Positions 1 to 11,735 of a stretch of DNA of 64,000 nucleotides are shown piece by piece. Origin of the DNA: Amoebidium appalachense (lineage: Eukaryota; Protista; Ichthyosporea); assembly GCA_963693365.1 (NCBI GenBank), contig CAVNZM010000004.1, positions 3,246,389 to 3,310,388 on the forward strand. Direction: 5' to 3'. Each line of letters begins with the position of its first letter. Position 1 is the first letter of the stretch. Both the position numbers and the translations under genes were made by a program. Below the pieces are notes generated by a model. The model did not search any database. It had not been told where the DNA came from and worked only from the letters and a program-made list of their open reading frames with translations.

Positions 1-138
1 GCGCTCGTAATAGATGCTTCTGATCAAGCCCTCATATTCTTCGATTCCCAGCCGGCCTATTGGCCATGCTTGTTGCTCAGTGTTAAACTTTTAAAAACCT
101 GCAAGTAAAAGAAATATGATAGACACGTGCAACCACAG

Positions 139-490
139 CACACCATCTTCGACAGTCAAGAGCGGGCCTTCTGGTGGACACACCGCCCACCCCGCAAGCA
201 GGAGGCCAACCTCAACAAGACTGTGCAGCAGCAGGAGGAGGGCATTGGCCCCGTCGACCCCCGTGCTGCCCGTGCCGTGCTGTGGGCAAAATCCTTGGTC
301 ACCCTGCTTGCTGATCCAGAGGGCTACAAGCTGTTCAGGTGCAAGAGATATTTTTGCCACCCTCAGCCCTCACGTGTCATGCTATGTTTCCGAGGGCTTC
401 GGTCACCAAGACGTTTAGCAACCCCACGATTAGATCCCCTTTCCCTCCTCCCTCCCCCTCCCCTCCCCCCTCTCCCTCCCCAACATCACA

Positions 491-553
<63 letters not shown>

Positions 554-951
554 CCCCCCTCGCCACCCACGTTCCATCCCTCTTGAAGTTCCTTCCCTGC
601 GCCGAATTCATCCCCACCTCTCCCACTTAAAATATGGCTCCAAAACTGCTTTGTGCACAACACAATCACAAAAGATTATTGCCTTTCAACTCCCATTTTT
701 TTGCGCTGTACCTACACCAAAATGCTACGACACACTGAAAAACCACCTTTTATTAGCTACCATTTCCCCAGGCCTCCCTCCTCCCAAAAACCTATATCTC
801 ATGACTCTTTTGGCCTCTACTTTTTTTCCTCGCCATTATACTTGAGCACGGTATCTCTAAGGGTTATTGCGCACGATGAATCTTTTACTGCACTCCCCAG
901 CTTCCCCACAAACATACACACTCTCTCTTTCTCTCTTTCTCCCCCCCCCCC

Positions 952-992
<41 letters not shown>

Positions 993-1043
993 TCTCTCTC
1001 TGTCTCTCTCTCTCTCTCTCTCCCTCCCCCCCCCCCCCCCGTG

Positions 1044-1088
<45 letters not shown>

Positions 1089-1267
1089 ATTCTCACTCTC
1101 TCTCTCCCCCTCCCTCCCTCCCCGTGTTCTCTCCCACCACCCCCCCCCCCACCACCACCACCACCACCACTATCATTCTTCGCCCTAAACCATGGCCCTT
1201 CTTGTACTTTATTCCTTCGGTCCTTAAGTTATCGTTTAATGCGCCTACGAGTTACCAATCAAACACT

Positions 1268-1299
<32 letters not shown>

Positions 1300-2513
1300 C
1301 CCCCAACCACCACCACCACCACAAAAAAAAACAAAAAAAAACAAAAAAACATACACCTCCTCCATCGTACATATCTTTTTTTTTTTTTTTTTGAAGAGAG
1401 AGGGGGGGGGGGGGGGGATGGGGGGCGCAAAACTGTTTTCACCCGCACACACCCAACACCACATCCACATCCACATCTGCACCTCCATCTCTTCAATTTG
1501 CTCCTCCCCTCTCCCCCCTTCCCCATCCCCCTACACTTCTCCCGGGAAACCCATTCCCGGAATTCTTTGCTATGGTTTTCTTTCTCCCTCTAATATGACT
1601 TTAGCGCAACCTTGACTGGTGTACCGGTATCACCACGAATAACAATAATACGGCTGCCACAAAGAACACACATCGAACGCGAGCACAACGAAGAGAACTT
1701 GGACTTCTGGGAGGCCTGCCGCAACCTTGAGTCTGCCGAGCTGCAGGGTGAGGGCCTGGAGAAAGAATCCCGGGCCATCTGGAACCGCTTCCTGGTGCAG
1801 AACACCCCCAACGAAGTCAACATTCCTGCTGCAGTCCGCGACAAGATTGACCGTCTGATGAAGAAGCACCGCTACTCCCTCGGTAACTTCCTCCTCCCTC
1901 CCCACCTCCCCCCCCCCCTCCCCACTCCCCCCTCTTCTCTTCCCTCCCCCCCCCCCCTCCTCCTCCTCCTCCTCCCGCCATCCCCCCCCACCCGCACACA
2001 CGCACACACACAACGCCCAGACCACCACACCCCTACTTCCAATTAACGGAAAACGGGAGATTGGCAAAAACGGGAGATTGGCAAATTCTGGCCAGGCAAA
2101 AAAAGAAACGATTACGAAATGTTTTGAAATGCACTTCTCTTGTAGGATTCAACAAACACTAGTATGCTGAAATCGCGGTTAATAAGCGGAAATGATGTGC
2201 AGGTGTATCCCTCCCTCCCCCTCCCCCTACCATTTCAGGGATGCCAGGAAGGTTGGGCTGGAGGGGGGGGGGGAGGGGGGGGGGGGGGGGGCTCAAATCC
2301 CTTCGTTTGGAGGGATACCAGTTGGGTCCTCCCTTAATACCTGCACACTGTGTGGTAACCCTTGTACGAAATCAATCTGCAGACATGTTCGGTGAAGCCA
2401 AGCAGTCCATCCAGCACCTGATGAGCAAAGATATCTACACACGCTTCCTACGCTCCCCCGAGTACTGTGACCTCATGAAGCAAGCCGAGGCGGCTGGCTG
2501 GCTGGAGCTGTAG
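139..2513 (+). CDS. Regulator of G-protein signalling, R7 (RGS6/7/9/11)-like; last three exons (139-338, 1665-1882, 2383-2513), 5' part outside window
   Basis: Spliced translation HTIFDSQERAFWWTHRPP...LWAKSLVTLLADPEGYKLFR/THIEREHNEENLDFWEAC...NEVNIP.../DMFGEAKQSIQHLMSKDIYTRFLRSPEY. The RGS-box motifs ENLxFW, EVNI and Y.RFL.S are present, and DSQERAFW matches the R7 DHEX region. GT-AG junctions have compatible phases. Confidence 0.88.
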
Positions 2514-3080
2514 CCGTGCATCTATGTAAATAACTGATACCGTGGGAACCAATTATAATGATGGGGAGATCAAGAAACAGTGTATATTCGATTGAAGCTA
2601 ATACTACCATGCGCGAATTCCCATACATGTGCATGTTGTGTTGAACCATATACTGTAGTAAACATGCATCATGATATCTACTTAAATGTAAGTCACGGTG
2701 CCGTTCGGAACAGGAAGGATGCAACTACCAACCTGCACCGTGACCTCAACAAGTTAGCGTAACATGGCAGCAACAACCTCACATATCACCTCTCTGCTAT
2801 GAATGCAACACATGAACTTATAGTGATGCTGAATAAAAAACCCGCTGGGTCCGGGAGTATGACGGTTGCATTTGTAATGTTTGCAAAGTACCATATCGGA
2901 TACTACTTCAACTTCAGCACCCTCTTTTTTCACACTGAGTCACACAGATAGATGGCCAAACCCGGGTGACTAGCCTCGGATTTTTGCTATTGCACTCACT
3001 TTCTACACCATGTTATCATCTGAAGTTGCAGTGATTATTGCTCGCGCACACTACTATGGAAAGAATGCAGAGAGGGTGGA

Positions 3081-3136
<56 letters not shown>

Positions 3137-3735
3137 AAAAAGAAAGAAAAGAAGAAGAAGAAGAAGAAGAAGAATAAGCCTTTAAAGAAAGGAGACAAAA
3201 AGAAAAGGAATGATAAAGAAAGAAAGAAAGAAATGATTGAAAAAGGAGGGAGGAAGGGGCGGAGGGGGAGGAGAAAGGAGGCGAAAAAAACGTAACCAAA
3301 TTCTTGTCCCATGTTTCCCCTTCATTAGGGTTTCAGGGGTTTTTGAATTTGAAATGGTGGAAGAGGGAGTAGTTAGCCTTTTCGGGCCGGCAGTAATTGA
3401 TTTGGCCGCCAGCCGGCAAGCTCTAAACAGCTCTGAGCAACTGTATTGGAGCTCAAAATCGATAGAAAAAGCTCAAATAAATTGTAATTATCGACACGCA
3501 TGTGCCTCACATACGTTTCTAAGTTGGTTTGGGAGAATATCATCATTTCGTATACTTTTGTATCTGTTTCTGTGTTTCTGAAGTGACTATCTAGGGAAAT
3601 TTGCAGGTATGAACAGGTTAATATTGACGTCCGCACTGGTGGTGCCCCCTCCCCCCCCCACCCCCCCCCTCCCCCCTCCCCCCCCCCCCCCCCCCGCCCC
3701 CTCCCGTGGGGGGAGGGACCCACCTGAGTGTGTGT

Positions 3736-3774
<39 letters not shown>

Positions 3775-3983
3775 AGCCCCTCCGCCCGCTGATGCGCGTC
3801 AATGATTCATGGCCAGAGTCACTTTTCCATCCACCAAAGTTGTACATGTATTCGTTACTTTTTTTTTTTTTCTTTTTTTCTTTTTTTTTTTTTTGAGGAA
3901 TTGCTCCCGTTTTGGCCACTGATACACATCCTCCCTCCCCCCTCCCTCGCCCCCCCCCCCTCCTCCACCCCCTCCCCTCCCCC

Positions 3984-4247
<264 letters not shown>

Positions 4248-4417
4248 CTAAGCACACACGCACGCATTTACCATACAACCCTGAGTACTGGTGCTCTTCT
4301 TCTGCCGGATGCATACTCATTGTGTGTTCTTTGCAAGCTCTGCTTTGTATTGTCCACGGGAAATGTGTACTAAATGCTCCATAACATTTTCGTTCAACGG
4401 CCCGACTCCCACGATGA

Positions 4418-4453
<36 letters not shown>

Positions 4454-4605
4454 GCCCCCGGCCCCCAGACCTCCCGCCTCACTCAACTCCCCCCACCCCC
4501 CCCCCCCCTCCCCACCCCACCCCTCACTCTGCTCGTTTACAACACAATAATACAATTGAATGCATGTGCACATGTGCACGCATGCACACACCGTGACCCA
4601 AAAAC

Positions 4606-4672
<67 letters not shown>

Positions 4673-5629
4673 ACACGCACACAAATCGGCTGGGCGTGCG
4701 GTGCTGCCGGATCCAATCAAAACAGATGAACTAAACGATTGGCTTATTAAGGGCAGATCCCGCACCGAAGGGACAAAAGTACCTCAAGAAGGGCAAGCTG
4801 CATTAAAAACGAAGAAGTCTCAAATGTAGGTAAATAAAAAAATAAAAAAAATCTATTCACATTTAGCTACAAATGCGCACTTACAAGTATATGACAATTA
4901 TTCCTCGTATTGCTCTTTGCTTCTCATCGTGACTTTTGGGCTGCCGAAGCGCATATCTTTCCAAATCTTACCGCGCTCTCGCCTGCTCTCGCATCAAAAC
5001 AACTTGGAAAGAAAAAAGGCGGACCGACAAACAAACGATCCCAGTCCGCTAGTTTTCAAAGGTGTCGCAAAACAAACCCACACCTTTAGACAGAGAGAGA
5101 GTAAAAGGTGAGAAGTCGGTGTGCGTATAAACTGCATGCTTTCATAGAGTCTAGAGCAACGTGAATCGTATGTTTGCCCTGAGCAATCAGGGCGGAGCGA
5201 AAAACACTCGCGGTAGTGGCAGGGGCACACCTCAGAGAGTGCTACTTAAGCCTTGCACACACTTTCACAAAGTGAGAATTCAACTCGCCAAAACACCTGG
5301 TATATGACCGATGGAATTTTTTATTTATTCTTTAACAACATCTCTGAGACACACGCCATGCTGGGTTTGGGATAGTTGTGCGTGACTGCATGACGTTTGC
5401 TGGATCTTGTGCACACAACCTTGGGAGAGTCTGCAGGGAAGGTTTGAGGGAGAAATGCCGAGGATATTGGGACGGCTGAGCCGGGGGGAAGGAAGGAGGG
5501 GGGCGGGGAAGGTTAAAAGGGAGGGGTAGGTGTAACCTCTGAGAGAAGAGTAACCTTAGTGGTTGTTTCTTGTGACTGGGAAGACTCCATCACAAACATA
5601 ACAGGGGCTTGGGCAGGAAGGACACCACG

Positions 5630-5775
5630 ATGAAGGTCAGTGTTATCTTGTTGTCGGCGGTGGCCATAGGGCTGTATGCCTTTGGCGCCGTGTCGTATAT
5701 GCGCCTCTACAACAAATATGTCACCCAGGCGGGTATGATGGAGGAGTATGCTGAGATCCACTGGCTGTTGGGTAT

Positions 5776-5809
<34 letters not shown>

Positions 5810-8335
5810 TCACACACACACACACACACACATACACACCGCTCTTTTTATTCTCCGCTGAGCTTCGCCTCTTTCCTTTCCAAACCTCTTCCCCCCAACT
5901 TCAACTTCTTGCTTTCTACAGCAAGGCTGTTCAGCCACGCTGTGTTGCTTTCCTCCTGGCCTTTTACGTGAACCCATGGCAACCCCCCCCCCCCCCCCCC
6001 CCCCCCCCTCCCCCCCTCTCTACCCAACCCGCCAACCCCCCCGTCCTCCGCCCGCACACTCCCGCATCCACAGTATGCTCCCTTCTGGCCGATCCACACT
6101 TCCACCCAACCCTCTTCTTTCTTGGCTGCTTAGAGCTAAAGAGTTTCATGTCAAAGCCATCGTCGTTGTGCAGTGCACATGCAATCATTCATGTGCACAC
6201 TCCTTCTCACCCACCCCAGTACCATGGGATTTGCATCTAGTGGTCTAACTCCCTGTGGCCACAGGTGATGTTTCACAGACGATCCTCAGTGGCAGCAATA
6301 TCCCCATGGACAAGGTGGCCTACGAGTGGGCGGTCACTTTCCCCCTGCTCTCCACTATGGCGTTCAACTACATGAACGGTGGCAATCAATTCCAAAACCT
6401 CGGCATCGTTGCCACCATTTTTGCAGAGCGCAAACTGCACTGCCAGACTGACGTAAGAAGTCCCCCCCCCCCCCCCCCCCCCCCCCCCTCATATTTTCCC
6501 CTCTGATTGCGAATTCTGCGGCCTTCGGGACTTAATTCTTTTCAGCTGGTGTAGTATGTTAGCCAGGGAAGTATCGACTTAGGTATCGACGGGGGAGCTT
6601 CCTAGAAGGCCCGTCTCCTGAGTTCCTATCTATATTTTTCTTGCTTCTGCTTACTGCTGCAACTTTAACCCCCGGCCTTTCCCACTGCCCTTGCCTGCAT
6701 AAGCAACCCTGCTCGTCTCTGATCAAGACGGGTGACCTACTCATGTTCAAGTGAAACAGTATCTGAGTTGGGTTTCGTTAACGAGGGGAATAGGTCGAAA
6801 CTCGGGTACTGTGGATGACGTGGGCCCCCCCTGAGGATGGGCTCTGCTTATTATGCATACTCTTTATGTATGGCTTGCATTCTGCATCGTGTTATCCGTT
6901 TGTTCTTGTGTACTTCGTACTTTTTGACGCATTCAAAATCCCCCCTCTCCCCCGGGGCCCCTAGGCCACTGTCCTGCAGCTTTCTCTACCCCTTCTCCCA
7001 GCCCTCCCTTTTCGCCTCACCCTATCATATCTGCCACTTGATATTTCCATTTTGCTCGCTTGCTTTTCGTCCTTATACCCAGTCCCCGCTCCCCCCCCCT
7101 CCCCCTCCCCTCCCCCCCCCCCCCCCCCCCTCTCTCTCTTACACTCTCCCCTGGTCTCTTAGCCTCTTCCAAAATGCCGCAGCTCATTTTGCCTGTATCA
7201 CCTCCTCCCCCACCTGCCTCGGTTGCTCTTCGTTGTTTTACCCCAAGGCCCCCCCACCACATTTCCATTGCATCTGCTATCCGTAACGGGAAATAGAATT
7301 CTTTCCCTCCCTCTCCATACCTCTTCCAAATTCCATACCCCCTTGCTTTCCTTCTTCCCCATCCCCTCCTCCCTCATCCTCCCTCTCACCCCACCCCTGA
7401 GAATGGGCCCACTTATCATGCATACTTCTGTGTGTGTCCTGCAACCTCTGCATTGTGTTGCCCACATGTATGTGTACTTCTTGTACTCTGTAACCCATGA
7501 GACCCCCCCCCCCCCCCCCCCCCTCATTCCCCCCCCCCCCCCCCCCCCCCCGTTATGATTATGTAATCCGTACTCTATAACCCATTCTAACCCGCCCCCC
7601 CCCTCCCCCCTTCTCTCTACACACACAGATTAACGGTTGGCTGCTGGCACTCATCTACTACACGCTTGCCCACTACTGCTTTGCCAATGGCCAACGCTTT
7701 AAGCCCCTTGGCTGGGTGGATTTGATCACATTCCCCCTGAGCTTTGGCCTGGCTGGGCTGCTTTTCTTCTGCATGACTCAGGGCTTCCCCCCAGTCATCT
7801 ACGAGTCACTGGCTATGGAGAACTTTAAGCTGGTTACGGAGCAGCGTGAGGTGGGTCACTTATACTGCTGTACCTATTATTTGGCTTTCACTTATACTTC
7901 TAGATCTTTCCTTCGATTTTCCACTTCTACTGCTGTGCGTTATTGTTTGACTTTCGCTTATACTTCCATAGCTATCCTTTGACTTTCACTTATACTTCTG
8001 TACCTATCCTTTGACTTTCACTTATCCTGCTGTACTTGCCTTTTTTCTAGAGCACGTTTAATGATGTGCTTATGCCTTTTGGGGGGTTGATTATACGGTC
8101 ATACTTATTCTTTTGTCCCACATATTCTTGTTTGCAGCAATTCCTGAAAATCCATCCCTCGCCCCCTCCCTTCCTCCCTCCTTCCCCCCCCCCTCCCCCC
8201 CCCCTCCCCCCTGCCCCCTGCATATACACACACCGTGACATGTCCTCGACATGTAAAAGCCGTGGCCTTGATTGACGAGTACGGGATATATCCCCCCTTC
8301 CCCTCCCCCCAGCCTCCGTCCCCCCCCCCCCCCCC

Positions 8336-8366
<31 letters not shown>

Positions 8367-8441
8367 CCCTCCCCCCCCCCTCTCCCCGCCCCCTCCCCCC
8401 CCTCCCCCCCCCCCCCCCCCCCCCCCTCGTTTTCCTCTGTT

Positions 8442-8474
<33 letters not shown>

Positions 8475-9058
8475 CCCCGGGGGGCACCGTCACCATTTCG
8501 GCTTCCCCTCTGGTGCCTTTTCTTTCCCCTAGTGCATCACATTAACCCCCGCCCCCCCCCCCCTCCCCCCCCCCCCCCCCCCCCCCCCTCCCCGGGAGCT
8601 TCCTAGAAGCCCCGTCTCCTGAGTTCCTATCTATATTTTTCTTGCTTCTGCTTACTGCTGCAACTTTAACCCCCGGCCTTTCCCACTGCCCTTGCCTGCA
8701 TAAGCAACCCTGCTCGTCTCTGATCAAGACGGGTGACCTACTCATGTTCAAGTGAAACAGTATCTGAGTTGGGTTTCGTTAACGAGGGGAATAGGTCGAA
8801 ACTCGGGTACTGTGGATGACGTGGGCCCCCCCTGAGGATGGGCTCTGCTTATTATGCATACTCTTTATGTATGGCTTGCATTCTGCATCGTGTTATCCGT
8901 TTGTTCTTGTGTACTTCGTACTTTTTGACGCATTCAAAACCCCCCCCCCCCCCTCCCCCTCCCCCCACAGCAAGTTGCTCTGGGCCTCTATCTGTCCAGC
9001 TTGGCCGCACTTGGCTGGCGCTCTCTTGCGCGCTGCTACAACGAATTCCAGTACGTTA

Positions 9059-9131
<73 letters not shown>

Positions 9132-10068
9132 CCCCAGCCCTACCCACCCACCTACCCACCCATACCGAGACACACACACACACACAGCCTCCCATCAAGA
9201 CACACATAAGTGCACTTGCATAGACAGGCACCTGTGTCAAGGTTGCAGGTACTTTTTCGATGATCGTTTGTGGTTTTGTGAGGCGGTTAAGGAGACTTGG
9301 GGGATGGTTTTCAAATAATAATTGGGGGTGCGCAGCCGATCAAGATCGACCAAATTCCATAATTGATCCAGTCGGTCAATCGAGGCCGGAAGGTCCGATA
9401 ATTCAACTTTCAATATAAACCCCATGCCATTTGTGAGAGAGTGAACGCAGAAACCGGGGGAGAAAATGATAATTTGATCATAAAGTGGGGGTTGGTTAGT
9501 TAGGATTCATGTATGTTTACCAGTGAAAAAATCTGGTTCGAGCTGCCCGTTATCGCTTAGCGTAAGCATATATGGGAGGGGGTAGAAATCGATTTTTCCA
9601 AGGGCTGACACATCAACATCCATTATGTAATTACCCCCCACTTTTATTAGTTAGTTTTTTTTTTTCAGGGCAAGTTTCTGCGGTCACTCTCTCACAAATG
9701 ACATGGGGTTTATATTGAAAGTTGAACTTTCGGACCTTCCGGCCTCGATTGACCGACTGGATCAATTATGGAATTTGGTCGATCTTGATCGGCTGCGCAC
9801 CCCCCATTTTTTTTTTTTTGAAAACCATCCCCCAAGTCTCCTTAAGGAATTTGGTGGTGGAACTCGTATATTTTTTCTGGTAGTGGGTGTGTGTGTGTGA
9901 GGTGGGCGAGGAGGGGAGCAGAGGGGGGGGGGGAGGGAGGGGGGAGGGGGGGGGGGGGGGGAGGGGAAAGGGGGGAGGTGGCTATGTTGCACACAGATTT
10001 CTTGGGCACACAGGATGATCCCCTTTCCGTGTGCTTGTCTGAATAGCTTTGTTCTTCGAGCTGTTTGC

Positions 10069-10107
<39 letters not shown>

Positions 10108-10196
10108 CACCCACCTGCCCATACACGTGCACATGCACACACACACACACACACATGCGCGAGCCGTTAGGCTATAAAAACGAGCAACCGACACAT

Positions 10197-10227
<31 letters not shown>

Positions 10228-10564
10228 CCCCTCCATCCCCTCGTACACCCGTGCGCGCGAAATCACAGCCAACCCTTTCGTTCATATTGTTCCTGGACTC
10301 GTGTAGCTAAGACACTCCCTTCACACATCTCGATCCACCAATGCTGTCCCCCCCCCCCGCTCCTCTTTTATATAACTGGGTTCCCTCTGAGAATGGGTGT
10401 TATGTGTGTGTATGCCCCTGTTGCACTAATTATGTAATTGTTCATCTTGAAAATATACATCGTACTCTACGGCACCACTCTACCTCTCCCCCCCCCCCCC
10501 CCCCCCCCCCCCCCCTTCTTTCCACTCCACCACCTTCTTCTTTCTCTGCAACACATGCTAACAT

Positions 10565-10641
<77 letters not shown>

Positions 10642-10935
10642 TCCCCTCTCCTTTGCAGGCCTGAGGCCTACTTGTACTGGTTCGGCACCGGGTTCCTCAA
10701 CCTCTCGTCTTTCGTCTTGATCATGAACCACTACGGCCTGTCTGTTATTGAGCCTCTCACCTTCCATATGGTCTGTTTGTACTTTGCGCACTTTGTCATG
10801 GCAATGTGTTCGGTCCCGCGTGCGCCTGTGGCGGAGGAGGGGGAGGAGGAAAAGAAAGAGGAAACGAAGGCAGTGACGGCACCAAAGAGTGGGAGCAAGT
10901 CGAGGAGCAGTGCGGGTGAGAAAAAGAACAAGTAA
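5630..10935 (+). CDS. Multi-pass membrane protein, divergent YhhN/TMEM86 (lysoplasmalogenase)-like; exons 5630-5771, 6265-6452, 7629-7850, 8971-9050, 10659-10935
   Basis: Five exons join in frame through GT-AG sites and encode several hydrophobic helices. The segments ..YYTLAHYCF.., ..LGWRSLAR.., ..GTGFLNLSSFVLIMNHY.. and ..MVCLYFAHFVMAMCSV resemble the YhhN layout. The C-terminus KKNK fits a KKxx ER-retrieval signal. Family assignment is by eye. Confidence 0.62.
6593..6938 (+). repeat. Structured intronic repeat, subfamily B copy 1 (intron 2 of the YhhN-like gene)
   Basis: Near-identical to 8594-8939. Shares blocks (taagcaaccctgctcgtct, tgatcaagacggg, ctgagttgg, ggtcgaaactc, ccctgaggatgggctctgctta, gtacttcgtac, gcattcaaaa) with the minus-strand subfamily A copies. 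Confidence 0.9.
7856..8040. repeat. Imperfect ~32-bp tandem minisatellite (about 6 units) just after a splice donor
   Basis: Recurring unit tttgactttcacttatacttctgtacctatcc with variants. Confidence 0.75.
8594..8939 (+). repeat. Structured intronic repeat, subfamily B copy 2 (intron 3 of the YhhN-like gene)
   Basis: Near-identical to 6593-6938; bounded by poly-C on both sides. Confidence 0.9.
9291..9841. mobile_element. MITE with ~165-bp terminal inverted repeats and TTAA target duplication (Kolobok-like GG..CC ends)
   Basis: TTAA(9287-9290)|GGAGACTTGGG... and ...CCCAAGTCTCC|TTAA(9842-9845). 9291-9454 is the near-perfect reverse complement of 9674-9841, and the ORF track gives the same peptide on opposite strands. 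No transposase is encoded. Confidence 0.88.
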
Positions 10936-11699
10936 TTTGGTGGAAATTTGAGTTTGCGAAGGGGTTTATAGTGGGATATCATCGTGGTATGCAGGCTGGA
11001 ATTTTGGGGGGAGGGGGGATCTGTGGAAATTCCAGTTTGCGGGAGGTTTACAGTAGGATTTGGTGGTGTGGAGGCTGGAGTTTGTTTTGGGGGGAATGTT
11101 TGTTGGAATTGGTAAGGTGGAAATTAGGAGGTTGGCGGATACGAAAATTGTTTTTGTGGGGTCCGCATGGGTTTGATGTGAATTTTCATGAGGCTCGATG
11201 CGAATTAGCACGTAGGCATATCGTAAGTGCACCCATTATAGTAAATTCAAACTAAAAGATAAGCTTTAGTTTTAAACTAGAAGCTACACACACTCTTCCG
11301 ATTCATTAAAACTAACGAAGGCTAATCACCCCCTGCTATCCATATCTGGTGTCAGAACCCCCCCCCCCCCCCCCCCCAACCCCCCCCCCCTCCCCCCCCC
11401 CCCCCCCTCCCCGCAAACCAGTATTTATGACCAATTTACCTGATGAAGATTTGTCAGCCACAGCAAAACCAACCCATTGATTTCAAATGCACACTCAATC
11501 AGAAACCCTCCCCCCCCCCCGGACCCCTCCCGAGGCTGGGCCCTGCTTATCATGCATGTTTACCTACGTACAAATAAGATACATACTCCTTTTTGCGTGC
11601 TTGTGCAAAATTGCTTTGTGTTGTCTCTCGTGAATGTGTATACGTTGTACTCTTAACTTCCTAACCGTTACTCTTTGCACATTCTTGCCCTCCCCCCCC

Positions 11700-11735
<36 letters not shown>

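Noticed and set aside
6698-6850. Identification of the repeat as 5S rRNA, U1 snRNA, C/D snoRNA or a tRNA-derived SINE
   Set aside because: Only short word matches (ctcgtct..gatc, a gatca loop, gatga..ctga, B-box-like ggtcgaaac). There is no U1 5' end or Sm site, no 5S helix pattern, no terminal C/D arrangement and no cloverleaf or A box.
9237-9900. Two ORFs encoding MGFILKVELSDLPASIDRLDQLWNLVDLDRLRTP on opposite strands
   Set aside because: A by-product of the MITE terminal inverted repeats, not evidence of a duplicated gene.
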